Source: Limnothrix sp. BL-A-16
GTDB lineage: Bacteria; Cyanobacteriota; Cyanobacteriia; CACIAM-69d
DNA length: 64,000 nucleotides
NCBI GenBank assembly: GCA_041937175.2
Contig: CP166615.1
Location: 3,392,001-3,456,000, forward strand
Direction of reading: 5' to 3'
Below are positions 11,573 through 23,690 of the stretch, in pieces. A model generated the notes under the pieces. That model was not told where the DNA came from and made no database searches. It saw only the letters and a list, made by a program, of their open reading frames with translations. How positions within the stretch are numbered: position 1 is the first letter of the stretch; each line of letters opens with the position of its first letter. The position numbers and the translations under genes were made by a program.

Positions 11573-12892
11573 ATGACAAAAATTTTACATCTCTCAAAAA
11601 TCACCCAAAAGTCTTTGGACGATTACCCTAAGGCCGGTTTTCAGCTAAGAAGCTATCGTGAGTTAAAAAAGCTCAGCGTAGAGGATGTATCTAAAGTATT
11701 ATCCATTCCTATCTCAAAAATTCTGGAAATTGAAAATGGACAACTGAAAAATAATCTACAATCCATTCTGATTATGCTTGGCTTTTACGAAAAGTCAGTA
11801 CATGAAGTATTTGGAGGTTTTCTGCTGAAAAAAACCTTTTCAGAAAATCAAATTTCCCAATTCCAAAATGTCACTTCTTATGTTTTAGAGTCTATATCTT
11901 TTCAGAAGATATTGCGAAATAAATCTGTTTCTGTAAAGAATCAACCATTAAATAGAAGTAGTCGAGCTTCTAATAAGTCGTCAGTAAAGCATTCTCGTTC
12001 TGCTACTAGAAGTGCTCTATCCCCATCAGTAGTTGCGTTTAGAGCTGAACGCTTACTCATTGAGCAAAATATCCATCAATTACCTATTAATGTCTATCAA
12101 ATTGCCAAGAATTTAAATATTCACGTTGGCTTTGATAGTTTTCCTTCAGATTTCTATATGAAAATCAAGGGATATGCGTATAGAGATGATGAGATTCAAA
12201 TAATTGGTGTTAACCGAAGTCACCCAATTCCATTGCAGCGTTTTACAGTTGCGCACGAACTGCATCATATCCTTTACGACCTATCTGAATCTCAGTTTCT
12301 ATGTCAGTCTGACAACATGGAAGAGCAAGTTGAGAAAAATGCCGAGGCCTTTGCCGCTGAGCTTCTCATGCCTACCAAGTTTATTCAAGGACTTTTATCA
12401 AATCCCTTGAATATCAAATATTTAACTGTTCACCTCGTAGCTCGACACTTTGGAGTGAGTTATGAAGCAGCAGCAATTAGATTGCAAAAATTTCAAGTCT
12501 TGAATAGTGCAAACCTTGCCTGTCAAGCATCCTATAGAAAACAAGACCAAATCAAGACAAAGTTTTTACTGAAAGAAAAACTGAAGTACTTGATTGCAGT
12601 TTTTGGATTGGAAACGGGTATTGCTGAATTATTATATGAGCCATCACATCGGCTCATGGTACATGATGCTTGCGGTTTCCCCATTATTGATCCTAAATCC
12701 AATGTATGTTGGCATTGTGGTCTTGAAATATCCCATGAGGAATCCCCATCAATTCCTGGTAACTACTTTCTCCAAAGTCCCTCTAATCTCTCTCCTGAAA
12801 AAGTTGTTTCCTTTGACAGAAGACAACATGGTGATTACAAACAGTTGTCTCTAAATCTGAGTATTCTTGACAGCGGTTCAAGCGATAAGTAA
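11573..12892 (+). CDS. XRE-HTH / ImmA-IrrE metallopeptidase fusion with C-terminal Cys/His cluster
   Basis: N-terminal HTH (LSVEDVSKVLSIPISKILEIENG); RFTVAHELHH and EKNAEAFAAELLMP; HDACG...CWHCG. Confidence 0.85.
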   Translation: MTKILHLSKITQKSLDDYPKAGFQLRSYRELKKLSVEDVSKVLSIPISKILEIENGQLKNNLQSILIMLGFYEKSVHEVFGGFLLKKTFSENQISQFQNVTSYVLESISFQKILRNKSVSVKNQPLNRSSRASNKSSVKHSRSATRSALSPSVVAFRAERLLIEQNIHQLPINVYQIAKNLNIHVGFDSFPSDFYMKIKGYAYRDDEIQIIGVNRSHPIPLQRFTVAHELHHILYDLSESQFLCQSDNMEEQVEKNAEAFAAELLMPTKFIQGLLSNPLNIKYLTVHLVARHFGVSYEAAAIRLQKFQVLNSANLACQASYRKQDQIKTKFLLKEKLKYLIAVFGLETGIAELLYEPSHRLMVHDACGFPIIDPKSNVCWHCGLEISHEESPSIPGNYFLQSPSNLSPEKVVSFDRRQHGDYKQLSLNLSILDSGSSDK

Positions 12893-13025
12893 TCAGAAAT
12901 TCTTCTGGTGATTCGCCTGCGCGTCATATATCGAAGTCAGCACAAAAGAAAAAGGCAGAAGAGATCAGTGCCTCTCCTGCCAGATGGGGAAGACGATCGC
13001 CCCGGAGCGATCGCCCTAAAACGAC

Positions 13026-14819
13026 TTAGCGCTTAGCGAGCTTTTTTGCCGGGAGCTTCCGCAACCGAATCGATTCGGGAGTCACCTCCACCATTTCATC
13101 GGAGCCGATATATTCCAGCGCCCGTTCCAGCGTCATTTGTACCGGCGCTTGCAACTGCACCAATTCATCGCCGCCGGCCGCACGGTGGTTGGTGAGCTGC
13201 TTGGTTTTGCACACATTCAGGTCAATGTCTTGCGGGCGGTTGTGCTCACCCACAATCATGCCCTTGTAAACCTTCGTGCCCGGTTCAATGAAGAACACGC
13301 CGCGATCTTCAGCGTTCTTCATGGCGTAGAAAGTGGCCACGCCTTCTTCAAAGGAAATCATCACCCCGTTGCGGCGGGTGTCGATATCTCCCACAATCGG
13401 GCGGTAGTCATGGAAGCTGTGGTTCATGATCCCTTCGCCTCGGGTCATGCGCATAAACTCGCCCCGGAACCCGATCAGACCCCGCGCCGGGATGATGAAT
13501 TCCAGTTGGGTACGGCCGTTTTCGCCCACACGCATGTCCTGCATTTCGGCGCGACGGGTTCCCAGCTTTTCGATGCAACTACCGGATGCATCGTCGGGCA
13601 CATCCAACACCAGCAATTCGTAAGGTTCGCAGGGTTGGCCGTTCACTTCGCGGAAGATCACCTGCGGCTGCGACACTTGGAACTCGTAGCCCTCGCGGCG
13701 CATGGTTTCGATCAAAATGCCCAGGTGCAGTTCACCCCGACCAGACACGGCCCAGCGATCGGGCGAGTCCGTTTCTTCCACACGCAAAGCCACGTTGGTT
13801 TCCAACTCGCGCATCAGGCGATCGCGCACTTGCCGCGAGGTCACAAACTTGCCCTCACGACCGGCAAAGGGCGAATCGTTCACCACAAAGGTCATTTGCA
13901 GCGTTGGCTCATCCACCTTGATTAGCGGCAGCGCTTCGGGGTTTTCGGCGCTGGCCAAAGTTTCCCCAATGTTGGCATCGGCAAAACCGGAAATGGCCAC
14001 CAGGTTCCCGGCCGAAGCCTGCTCGATTTCCACCCGTTGCAGCCCTTCAAAGCCCAACAGCTTGGTAATCCGACCCTTGGTGATTGACCCGTCTTCCTTA
14101 ATCAAGGCCGCTTGTTGACCGGCGGTTACCGTCCCGTTATGGATCCGGCCAATCACAATCCGACCCAGGTACTCGGAATAGTCCAGGGTGGTCACTTGCA
14201 GTTGGAAGGGTTTTTCGGGGTCGCCCACGGGCGCAGGCACATGCTCCAGAATCGCTTCAAACAAGGGTTGCATATCCTTGTTTTCGTCGGCCAAGTCATT
14301 CTTGGCAAAGCCAGCCATCCCCGAAGCAAACAGGTAGGGGAAGTCGCACTGGTCGTCATCGGCTCCCAGCTCGATGAACAGATCCAACACCTTGTCCACG
14401 GCGGTCATGGGTTCCACGCGCGGGCGATCGATCTTGTTCACCACCACGATCGGGCGTAGACCCTTTTCCAGCGCTTTCTTCAGCACAAAGCGCGTTTGGG
14501 GCATCGGCCCTTCGTTGGCATCCACGATCAGCACGCAGCCATCCACCATGCCCAACACCCGCTCCACTTCGCCGCCGAAGTCCGCGTGGCCAGGGGTGTC
14601 AACGATGTTGATTAGGGTTTCTTTGTAACGAACCGCAGTATTTTTTGACAGAATCGTGATGCCGCGCTCCCGTTCGAGGTCGTTGGAGTCCATCACGCAG
14701 GTGGGCACTTCTTCGCCCTCGCGGAAAATGCCAGATTGCTTCAGCAGCGCGTCAACCAGGGTGGTTTTACCGTGGTCAACGTGGGCAATGATGGCAACGT
14801 TACGAATCGGGAGGCTCAT
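13026..14819 (-). CDS. typA: Translational GTPase TypA/BipA
   Basis: [35 protein letters not shown]. Confidence 0.97.
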   Translation of the reverse strand: MSLPIRNVAIIAHVDHGKTTLVDALLKQSGIFREGEEVPTCVMDSNDLERERGITILSKNTAVRYKETLINIVDTPGHADFGGEVERVLGMVDGCVLIVDANEGPMPQTRFVLKKALEKGLRPIVVVNKIDRPRVEPMTAVDKVLDLFIELGADDDQCDFPYLFASGMAGFAKNDLADENKDMQPLFEAILEHVPAPVGDPEKPFQLQVTTLDYSEYLGRIVIGRIHNGTVTAGQQAALIKEDGSITKGRITKLLGFEGLQRVEIEQASAGNLVAISGFADANIGETLASAENPEALPLIKVDEPTLQMTFVVNDSPFAGREGKFVTSRQVRDRLMRELETNVALRVEETDSPDRWAVSGRGELHLGILIETMRREGYEFQVSQPQVIFREVNGQPCEPYELLVLDVPDDASGSCIEKLGTRRAEMQDMRVGENGRTQLEFIIPARGLIGFRGEFMRMTRGEGIMNHSFHDYRPIVGDIDTRRNGVMISFEEGVATFYAMKNAEDRGVFFIEPGTKVYKGMIVGEHNRPQDIDLNVCKTKQLTNHRAAGGDELVQLQAPVQMTLERALEYIGSDEMVEVTPESIRLRKLPAKKLAKR

Positions 14820-15141
14820 AGGTTGATTAGCGATGGGTTCACACGGGCCCCACTGGCAGCAAGCGGTCCAGCAGGTTGGGTCTCGGAAAGACGATTTTTG
14901 TAAAAATCTGTAATGATTCTAGCCCAGGATTGCCAATTCGCATGGGCAATGTTATTGGCAAGTGTGATTGGCCACTGACTTTTGCGGCCAAATATGCCAA
15001 ACAGTTGTGCCAAACGGCTATGCCAAACCAGCTCGCCAGCGTCCGGCCACCAAGCGCAAAGGCAAGCCTGAGGGACAGTCTGGGAAGCTGGTTTAGGGCT
15101 AGGGCCACATCAAAAACAGTCGATCGCCCGGCTTAACTGGC

Positions 15142-16386
15142 TTAACTGGTGGGCGGATCTACCCAACGGCCATCGGCCTTAATCAGTTCAATCAGCGCTG
15201 ACACACCCTCGGTTTCTGGCACGCGCTTGATTTCGTCGCGTCCCCGGTAGAGGGCGATCGTCCCCGGCGTTTTGCCCACATAGCCGTAGTCCGCATCGGC
15301 CATTTCACCGGGCCCGTTCACAATGCAGCCCATCACGGCAATGTCCAATCCCACCAGGTGCTTAGTCGCTTCCCGCACTTGGTGCAGCACCTCTTCGAGG
15401 CTAAACAGCGTCCGCCCACAGGATGGGCAAGCCACATATTCAACCATGGTTTTCCGCAAGCCCAGCGATTGCAAAATGCTGTAGCAAACGGGGATTTCCT
15501 TTTCGGGCGCTTCCGTCAGGGAAACGCGGATCGTGTCGCCGATCCCTTCCGCCAACAGGGTGGCGATCCCGGCGGTGGACTTGACCCGGCCATAGTCGCC
15601 GTCGCCCGCTTCCGTCACACCCAAATGGATCGGGTAGGGCATCCCGGCTTCATCCAGCCGCTTGGCCAGCAACCGATAGGCCGCCAGCATCACGGGCACA
15701 CGGGAGGCCTTCATGGAGATCACCAGGTTTTGGAATTGCATGTCTTCGCAAATCCGCAGGAATTCCAATGCCGATTCCACCATGCCCAAGGGCGTGTCAC
15801 CGTAGGTAAACACCATCCGCTCCGCGAGGGAGCCGTGGTTTACGCCAATCCGCATACATTTGTTCTGCTCGCCCAGGGTTTCCACGAGGGGTTGCAGGGT
15901 TTCGCGAATTTTCTTGCCGATCGCCTCGAATTCAGCGGCGCTGTAGTCCTGGTCAGCGCGGGGCTTTTCAAACACATACAAGCCCGGATTGATCCGCACC
16001 TTATCGACGTGCTTAGCCACTTCCAGGGCGATTTTCATGCCGTTGTGGTGTACGTCGGCCACCAGGGGCACGGGGCGATAGGTGTCTTCCAGGGTTTTGC
16101 GAATGCTTTCCATGGCCTTGGCGTGGGCCAGGCTGGGGACGGTGACGCGCACAATTTCACAGCCAATTTCGTGGAGGCGACGAATGGCGGCGACCGAACC
16201 GGGAATATCGAGGGTATCTTCGTTGATCATCGACTGCACCACGACCGGATGGCCACCCCCGATCGTGATGTCGCCCACTTGCACGGGGCGGGTTTGGCGA
16301 CGATGGATCGTGGTGTCAAACAGTCGATCGTCTAGGTTGGTGGCGATGCTGCCGTTGGGAACGGGGGGTTTCGGCAGGGTTTGCAT
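15142..16386 (-). CDS. ispG: HMBPP synthase
   Basis: [44 protein letters not shown]. Confidence 0.97.
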   Translation of the reverse strand: MQTLPKPPVPNGSIATNLDDRLFDTTIHRRQTRPVQVGDITIGGGHPVVVQSMINEDTLDIPGSVAAIRRLHEIGCEIVRVTVPSLAHAKAMESIRKTLEDTYRPVPLVADVHHNGMKIALEVAKHVDKVRINPGLYVFEKPRADQDYSAAEFEAIGKKIRETLQPLVETLGEQNKCMRIGVNHGSLAERMVFTYGDTPLGMVESALEFLRICEDMQFQNLVISMKASRVPVMLAAYRLLAKRLDEAGMPYPIHLGVTEAGDGDYGRVKSTAGIATLLAEGIGDTIRVSLTEAPEKEIPVCYSILQSLGLRKTMVEYVACPSCGRTLFSLEEVLHQVREATKHLVGLDIAVMGCIVNGPGEMADADYGYVGKTPGTIALYRGRDEIKRVPETEGVSALIELIKADGRWVDPPTS

Positions 16387-16643
16387 GGCTTCGCTCCGAT
16401 CGCGGATGGCGCGGGGTAGGTCTGAAGGCGCGGATGGTTCAAGGGGTTGCCCAAATAAATGGGTTGCCCAGTTTTTTAGGTTGCCATACTTTGGGCGATC
16501 GCTTGGGGTTTGTGGCGGATTTGACGATTTGCGCTGGTGATGGAGTCAGTCAGATCCGGCAATTGGTGCTATTGATCAAAGCAACGTGGGGGGTCGATCG
16601 CCCCAAACGCATTACCCCAAACCTTGACTTCGCCGCGCGCAAG

Positions 16644-16673
16644 TCGTGGGGGCAAGGGGCTTAAGCCCCTTGT
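16644..16673. repeat. Solo palindromic core CAAGGGGCTTAAGCCCCTTG
   Basis: Same core as in MITE families A and B, with no TIRs seen here. Confidence 0.75.
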
Positions 16674-16744
16674 CTGTGTCCTTGCTTGCGGGTGACGTGA
16701 GGAATGGTTACTTCAGCAGGTTATTTCGTAGGAGAGGCGCGATC

Positions 16745-16951
16745 GTGTTTGGACTGGGCTGGCCGGAAGTGCTGTTGATTTTGCTGGTAGCGATCCTGAT
16801 CTTTGGGCCCAAGAAGTTGCCCCAATTGGGTGGAGCCTTGGGCAAAACCCTGCGCGGCTTTCGCGATGAGCTGAATCCTGATGAAAAGGAACTCGATCGC
16901 CCCGCTGGCCCGCCGGACGTGGACGGAGAAGTGATCAAGGGCGATCGATAA
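16745..16951 (+). CDS. tatA: Twin-arginine translocase TatA/E
   Basis: FGLGWPE...LIFGPKKLPQLGGALGKTLRGFR. Confidence 0.92.
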   Translation: MFGLGWPEVLLILLVAILIFGPKKLPQLGGALGKTLRGFRDELNPDEKELDRPAGPPDVDGEVIKGDR

Positions 16952-17219
16952 CCAACCGCCATCCCAAAAATTCCCAAAAATTCTAGAACGTTCTGAAAAG
17001 CTCTCGAACTGAAGAGCCGATCGCCCCAAGGTTAATTCAGCCAAATTAAACGCGATCGAGCCAAACTTTCTCTCCTGGAAATTTGCTCAAAATCAATTCA
17101 TTCTTGTAATTCTTGAGCTGAAAAATTCAAGATACTGAATAGTGTTTGAGGTCAGATCGATCAGTTCAAGATCAGCCAGTAAAATTGGATTTTGCTGCGA
17201 AAAAAACGAGCTGAAATCC

Positions 17220-18218
17220 ATGAAAGCGATCGCCCTGAGTCAGCCCGGTGGGCCGGAAAATTTGCAGATCCAAGATTTACCCCAGCCGGAGATTACGGCG
17301 GGCCAAGTGTTGGTGAAACTCAAAGCGGCCGGCATTAACCCGATCGATACCAAGTTGCGATCGCGCGGCACGTTTTACCCCGAGGCAACGCCCCAGGTGT
17401 TGGGCTGTGATGGGGCTGGGATTATTGAAGCGATCGGCTCCGAGGTGACGGGCTGGCAGCCGGGACAGGCGGTTTATTTTTGTTATGGCGGTCTGGGCGG
17501 CCCGGCGGGTAACTATGCGGAATGGGCGGCGGTGGATGCCCGTTGCCTAGCCCCCAAGCCCGATCGCCTGAGTTTTGTGGAAGCGGCGGCGGCTCCCTTG
17601 GTGTTGATTACCGCTTGGGAGGCCCTGCGAGATCGAGCACGCATCACCGCTGGCCAAAAGGTGTTGATCCATGCCGGGGCTGGGGGCGTGGGCCATGTGG
17701 CGATTCAGCTCGCCAAGCGCTGGGGCGCGGAGGTGGCCGCCACGGTCAGCACGCCCGAGAAGGCGGATTTTGTGGTTGGGTTGGGGTGCGATCGCCCGAT
17801 TCTCTATGGCCAAGAAGATTTCGTGAGCGCTGTACAGGGCTGGACGGGCGGCCAAGGCGTGGATATTGCCTTTGACACGGTGGGTGGCGACCTGCTAACG
17901 GCTACCTTTCCGGCGGTGAAGCCCTACGGCGACGTGGTGACGATTTTGGAACCCGCGGCCAACACCAACTGGAAGGTTGCCCGTAACAATAACTTGCGAA
18001 TTGGGCTGGAGTTGATGCTCACGCCGCTGCTGAAGCATTGGGATGCGGGTTTGCGACATCAGGCGGAGATTTTGCGTCAATGCGCGGCCTGGATTGATGC
18101 GGGCCAACTCAAAATCCAGTTGCACCAAACCTTCCCGCTCGATCGCGCTGCTGAGGCCCACCAACTGCTGGAGCGGGGCGGTTTGATTGGCAAGCTGGCC
18201 CTGGCGATCGACCCCTAA
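17220..18218 (+). CDS. NADPH:quinone oxidoreductase / MDR-family dehydrogenase
   Basis: AAGINPID, GCDGAG, HAGAGGVG. Confidence 0.9.
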   Translation: MKAIALSQPGGPENLQIQDLPQPEITAGQVLVKLKAAGINPIDTKLRSRGTFYPEATPQVLGCDGAGIIEAIGSEVTGWQPGQAVYFCYGGLGGPAGNYAEWAAVDARCLAPKPDRLSFVEAAAAPLVLITAWEALRDRARITAGQKVLIHAGAGGVGHVAIQLAKRWGAEVAATVSTPEKADFVVGLGCDRPILYGQEDFVSAVQGWTGGQGVDIAFDTVGGDLLTATFPAVKPYGDVVTILEPAANTNWKVARNNNLRIGLELMLTPLLKHWDAGLRHQAEILRQCAAWIDAGQLKIQLHQTFPLDRAAEAHQLLERGGLIGKLALAIDP

Positions 18219-18331
18219 TTTCAAGCTGAAAGTTTGCGACTTTGAACGGCTGGGCGATCGCGCGGAATTGTCCCCAAATGGGATTTGAATCCAGTGGCTA
18301 TGCTGGAGAGAGTTCCTGCGATTGTCCTGCC

Positions 18332-18916
18332 ATGACTGCTTCGATTGCCGCCCAGTTAATTGCTGCCAGCCTCACACCCGACGAGTATCGCGCCCTTGAA
18401 GAAAAAAGCGAAACTCGCCATGAATATTCCGATGGAGTATCAATCCCCATGACCGGTGGCAGCTATCGACATAGCCAAATTATTACTAACTTGATAGTGC
18501 TGCTGGCTACAGCTTGGGCCGACACGGAATATACCGTTCATGCCAATGATTTGCGCGTTTGGTTACCGGAATGGCAAACGGGCACATATCCGGATGTGCT
18601 GGTCATTACAGGTGAGCCACGCTTCACCGAAAATCGCACTGATGAAGTGTTAAATCCCACGCTAATTATTGAGGTCTTGTCGCCTTCAACGGCGGATTAC
18701 GATCGCACGAAAAAGTTTAGTAAATATTGCTCAATTCCTGAGTTTCGGGAATATCTGTTGGTGGCTCAGGAAGAACCGGCAATCGATCGATTCTGGTTGG
18801 GCGAAGACGGCGACTGGCGTTGGCGAAGAACTGAAGGATTGACAGAAACCTGCTCGATCGCCACCGGCAATTTAACGTTACCCCTGTCCAAAATTTATCG
18901 ATCGGTTAGCTTTTAA
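18332..18916 (+). CDS. Uma2-family endonuclease-like protein (copy 1)
   Basis: YPDV..., IIEVLSPSTADYDR, EYLLVAQ. Confidence 0.9.
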   Translation: MTASIAAQLIAASLTPDEYRALEEKSETRHEYSDGVSIPMTGGSYRHSQIITNLIVLLATAWADTEYTVHANDLRVWLPEWQTGTYPDVLVITGEPRFTENRTDEVLNPTLIIEVLSPSTADYDRTKKFSKYCSIPEFREYLLVAQEEPAIDRFWLGEDGDWRWRRTEGLTETCSIATGNLTLPLSKIYRSVSF

Positions 18917-18941
18917 ATTCGGTTACCCATCAGCATGGCCC

Positions 18942-19035
18942 ATGAACCCGACTCGATCGAGCGCCTCATCCTGGCAAGCCGTCATCCGTTGGGGGCGATC
19001 GGCTGTGTTGTGTTGGGCATCGGCCTTCGTCTTTG
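18942..19035 (+). pseudogene. Frameshifted duplicate of the 5' end of the downstream GT-C gene
   Basis: atgaacccgactcgatcgagcgcctcatcctggcaa... matches 19744-19838. Confidence 0.8.
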
Positions 19036-19122
19036 AACGGCTGGGCGATCGTGTGGAATCGTCCCCGAATGGGATCTAAATTCAGTGGCTATGCTGGAGA
19101 GAGTTCTTGCGATCGTCCTGCC

Positions 19123-19698
19123 ATGACTGCTTCGATTGCCGCCCAGTTAATTGCTGCCAGCCTCACACCCGACGAGTATCGCGCCCTTGAAGAAAAAAGC
19201 GAAACTCGCCATGAATATTCCGATGGAGTATCAATCCCCATGACCGGTGGTACTTCAAGTCATAACCAAATTGGTCTGAACCTGATTCGGCTTCTAGATC
19301 TAGATCCACCCTTCACGGTTTTTGCATTGGATATGCGTCTTTGGCTGCCGACCTACAATCACGGAACTTATCCTGATTTGATGGTGATTGAAGGTGACCC
19401 CAGCTTTTCCGATGGACGGCGAGATGAAGTGTTAAATCCCAAGCTGATTATTGAGGTTTTGTCACCTTCAACGGCGGATTACGATCGCACGAAAAAGTTT
19501 AGTAAATATTGCTCAATTCCTGAGTTTCGGGAATATCTGTTGGTGGCTCAGGAAGAACCGGCAATCGATCGATTCTGGTTGGGTGAAGACGGCGACTGGC
19601 GTTGGCGAAGAACCGAAGGATTGACAGAAACCTGCTCGATCGCCACCGGCAATTTAACGTTACCCCTGTCCAAAATTTATCGATCGGTTAGCTTTTAA
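19123..19698 (+). CDS. Uma2-family endonuclease-like protein (copy 2)
   Basis: Near-identical ends to copy 1, different middle. Confidence 0.9.
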   Translation: MTASIAAQLIAASLTPDEYRALEEKSETRHEYSDGVSIPMTGGTSSHNQIGLNLIRLLDLDPPFTVFALDMRLWLPTYNHGTYPDLMVIEGDPSFSDGRRDEVLNPKLIIEVLSPSTADYDRTKKFSKYCSIPEFREYLLVAQEEPAIDRFWLGEDGDWRWRRTEGLTETCSIATGNLTLPLSKIYRSVSF

Positions 19699-19743
19699 AT
19701 TCGGTGATTCCCGATATTTAGCCCTTGACCGTCAGCAGCACCC

Positions 19744-21453
19744 ATGAACCCGACTCGATCGAGCGCCTCATCCTGGCAAATCGTCATCCGTTGGGTGGCG
19801 ATCGGCTGTTTATTGTTGGGCATTGGCCTTCGTCTTTGGGCCATTGATCACAATATCCTTTGGCATGACGAAGTATTGACAGCCGTGAGCGCCGCCGGCC
19901 ATCGTTTGCCGGTGCTCCAGTCCCGTGAATTTGCCAACAAATTAGTCATGCAGCCGGAATTGGCTGCCTACTTGGGGCCCAAGGGACAGCCCTGGCACAC
20001 CGTTTTTGCTTCTGTGATTGGCAATCCGGAGCATCCACCGCTCTATTACCTGTTAACGCGGTTTTGGATGGAATGCTTTGGCAGCAGTGCCTTCGCCCTT
20101 CGGAGCTTGCCCACGATTTTTGGGTTGGCGGTTTTTCCCGCGCTGTATTGGGTCTGTTGGGAGTTAACCCGATCGCCCCTGGTGGGCTGGGTGGCCATGG
20201 CGCTGGTGGCCCTGTCCCCGTTCCATGTGCTGTATGGGCGAGAGGCGCGGGAATATAGCCTGTGGGCGGCGTTGCTGTTGGTGTTGGGGGCGCTGCTGCT
20301 GCGTGCTTTGCGGTTAACAGAGCGGGCGGCAACTTGGGGCGATCGGGTGCGGGCCTGGTGGCCCTACAGCTTGGTTTTGGCGCTGGGGCTATACACCTCC
20401 CTGTTGACGGTTTATGTATCCGTGGGTCAAGGGTTGTATGTGTTGTGGCTCGATCGGGGACGACTGGGCTGGCGGGTGCGATCGCTCGTCCTGGCCGGCT
20501 TGGCCGGTGGGCTGTTGTTCTTGCCCTGGGCGCTGGTGTTGTTGAACCATTGGGAAGCTGCCCGCCAGCTCACCGCCTGGATGACCGCCTATGAAGAACC
20601 GCGCCTTCAAGTGCTTCGCCGATTGGTAATCCAAGTGTTGCGAGGGTTCACGGATTGGGTTCCTGTGGGCGCTGGTTGGTGGGGGGCGGGGCTGTTTTGC
20701 GCGATCGCCCTGGGATCCTTGATTTGGATTCAGCGACGGCTGCCCCGGTGGGTGAGTGGTTGGGTGCTGAGTTTCACGTTGGTCTCCACCAGCCTCTTAG
20801 TCATCCCGGATCTGCTCGATGGCGGGCTGCGCTCCATCTCAACGCGCTACTGGACTCCGACCTACCTAGGGCTGCAAATTGCCTTTGCGATTCTGATTGT
20901 CCAAGGCCTGACCCATGGGCCAACCCTGCGCCGCAGTCTCGCCGCGATCGGGGCCAGCCTGTTGTTAACCATTAGCCTGAATGGTAGTTGGCAATTAATT
21001 ACCGCCACCACCAATTGGGCCAAAGGCATTAGTGTTAGCTTGCCTGCTTTTGCGGAACAGATCAACGCCGCCGCTAACCCCTTGGTGATTGCGGATGGAT
21101 TTGGTTATCGAGCGGGCAACACCATCGCCCTGGCGCTACGTCTGCGGCCCAATGTGCCATTCTATTTGGTCTCAGATTTTCGGCAGGTCAACCCCGGTGA
21201 TTTGCAATTGTTGAAAACGGCGATCGGGCAAATGACCCCACCAGTCAGTGATCTATACGTCCTGAACCTGATGCCCCCGTTTCGCGAGGCGATCGAGACA
21301 GAGTTAAAAGGGCAAATTCAACCCCTTGGTGGCGACAACATGGCCTGGCTCGATCGATTGCAACTTCCTTCCTCGATCGCCGCCCAAAAGCCCATGCCGC
21401 TCAATTCAAGCCCTGGCGAACTTCAACCTCAACAAAAAAGACAAGGGGTTTAG
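19744..21453 (+). CDS. GT-C fold (PMT/GT39-like) membrane glycosyltransferase
   Basis: WHDE, EHPPLYY, EAREYSL, many TM helices. Confidence 0.85.
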   Translation: MNPTRSSASSWQIVIRWVAIGCLLLGIGLRLWAIDHNILWHDEVLTAVSAAGHRLPVLQSREFANKLVMQPELAAYLGPKGQPWHTVFASVIGNPEHPPLYYLLTRFWMECFGSSAFALRSLPTIFGLAVFPALYWVCWELTRSPLVGWVAMALVALSPFHVLYGREAREYSLWAALLLVLGALLLRALRLTERAATWGDRVRAWWPYSLVLALGLYTSLLTVYVSVGQGLYVLWLDRGRLGWRVRSLVLAGLAGGLLFLPWALVLLNHWEAARQLTAWMTAYEEPRLQVLRRLVIQVLRGFTDWVPVGAGWWGAGLFCAIALGSLIWIQRRLPRWVSGWVLSFTLVSTSLLVIPDLLDGGLRSISTRYWTPTYLGLQIAFAILIVQGLTHGPTLRRSLAAIGASLLLTISLNGSWQLITATTNWAKGISVSLPAFAEQINAAANPLVIADGFGYRAGNTIALALRLRPNVPFYLVSDFRQVNPGDLQLLKTAIGQMTPPVSDLYVLNLMPPFREAIETELKGQIQPLGGDNMAWLDRLQLPSSIAAQKPMPLNSSPGELQPQQKRQGV

Positions 21454-21598
21454 GGGGTATCGTGGTTTAGCCCGAAACCCCAGATCTGCCGTTAGCGGAT
21501 CGATCGTGGGGGACAAGGGGCTTAAGCCCCTTGTTGCGACGATTAGGGCATAGAAGATCAACCGTTTCAGCATCACTTCAAAAAATGACGACAGGGCC
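21453..21598. mobile_element. MITE family A copy
   Basis: TA flanks, tgacgacagggcc end, palindromic core. Confidence 0.75.
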
Positions 21599-21650
21599 TA
21601 AACCCCTTGCCTCTGAACGATTGCCATTGACCGCGAATGGCTAGCAATTT

Positions 21651-22628
<978 letters not shown>

Positions 22629-23022
22629 TTATCGTGATGGGTTACTAAAAAAGGGGGCAGAGCAACTGGCTCGCGCGATTCATGCCGATCGAAACCGATG
22701 GTAGTCGCCTCGATCGCGATCGGGAACGCTTTGCCCTGATGCATGATGCCACCGGGCCCAAACGGGGCCAGGCGATCGCATCCTATCGAGAATCGCCTAA
22801 TTGCGCGTCGCGAAAGGCGAAAACCTCAACCAATCTTAAAATCTTGGCCGGTTGTTGAGAATTTTGTAGGGCTGCATCCAAATTATTTGGCCAGCACCCT
22901 TGCGATTTTTCATCCATGGCGTATAATACATACTCGCGTCAAAAATATTGAGTTTTGTTCCGTTAACTAAACGATCACCACTCAAACAATCTCCGTAACC
23001 TAGAGATTTGAAGACGCATCAA

Positions 23023-23095
23023 GGCTCAGTAGCTCAGAGGTTAGAGCAGGGGACTCATAAGCCCAAGGTCGCAGGTTCAAATCCCGCCTGAGCCA
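23023..23095 (+). tRNA. tRNA-Met (CAT), elongator type
   Basis: GGCTCAG/CTGAGCC acceptor stem, anticodon loop CTCATAA, GGTTCAAATCC T-arm. Confidence 0.93.
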
Positions 23096-23173
23096 TCGCT
23101 GAAACGCTTGTTTTGCAAAACTTTTAGATTACTCGCAACAGTATTTAAAACTGTAAAAGTAAGATCCATTTAA

Positions 23174-23304
23174 GAGGATGTCTGAAAAGTATCTTTCGGC
23201 CCGAACTAAGCACCAATAGTCGTGGCAGCAAGGGGCTTAAGCCCCTTGTTTCCGTCGATTGCTGGAGCAAGCATTGTATTAATTTTGGCTTTTCAGACAT
23301 CCTC
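23174..23304. mobile_element. MITE family B (131 bp; TIR GAGGATGTCTGAAAAG; TAA duplication)
   Basis: taa-gaggatgtctgaaaag...cttttcagacatcctc-taa. Confidence 0.85.
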
Positions 23305-23470
23305 TAAGATCATTGGCCGTCGAGCTGATTTTCAAATGGTCAGCCTCCCTGTTTGCCGCACTAGCAAGCTTGAAGCGGAGCACTAGGTCAGTAGACTTCT
23401 TTCACGAATCAGTTAGAAGCTCTGATCCTGAACCCCTTTTCCCAAAATGGGCTGATCAACGGTCATTTTG

Positions 23471-23572
23471 TAGGCTGGGTTGAGGCACGTAGCTTGCTTC
23501 CCGAAGGGTAACCCAACAACAGTAAGGTTCGTGGTGATTGAGTTGGGTTTCGCAAAGCTCAACCCAACCTAC
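23471..23572. repeat. Inverted GTAG-type REP pair (REPIN-like)
   Basis: gtaggctgggttgag...aacccaac and gttgggtttcgcaaagctcaacccaacctac. Confidence 0.7.
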
Positions 23573-23690
23573 TGGAGAACTGCAAGCGATCGAAATTTAG
23601 CTTCCAACAAAAGCGCGATCGACTGTTTAGGTCGATCGCGCTAATGATGCTCAACGAAGGATGGGAACCAGAAAACGCGCTAGGGAAAAC

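Noticed and set aside
18240..19838. Diversity-generating retroelement behind the Uma2 variation
   Set aside because: Differences are not adenine-specific, include an indel, and no reverse transcriptase is in the window
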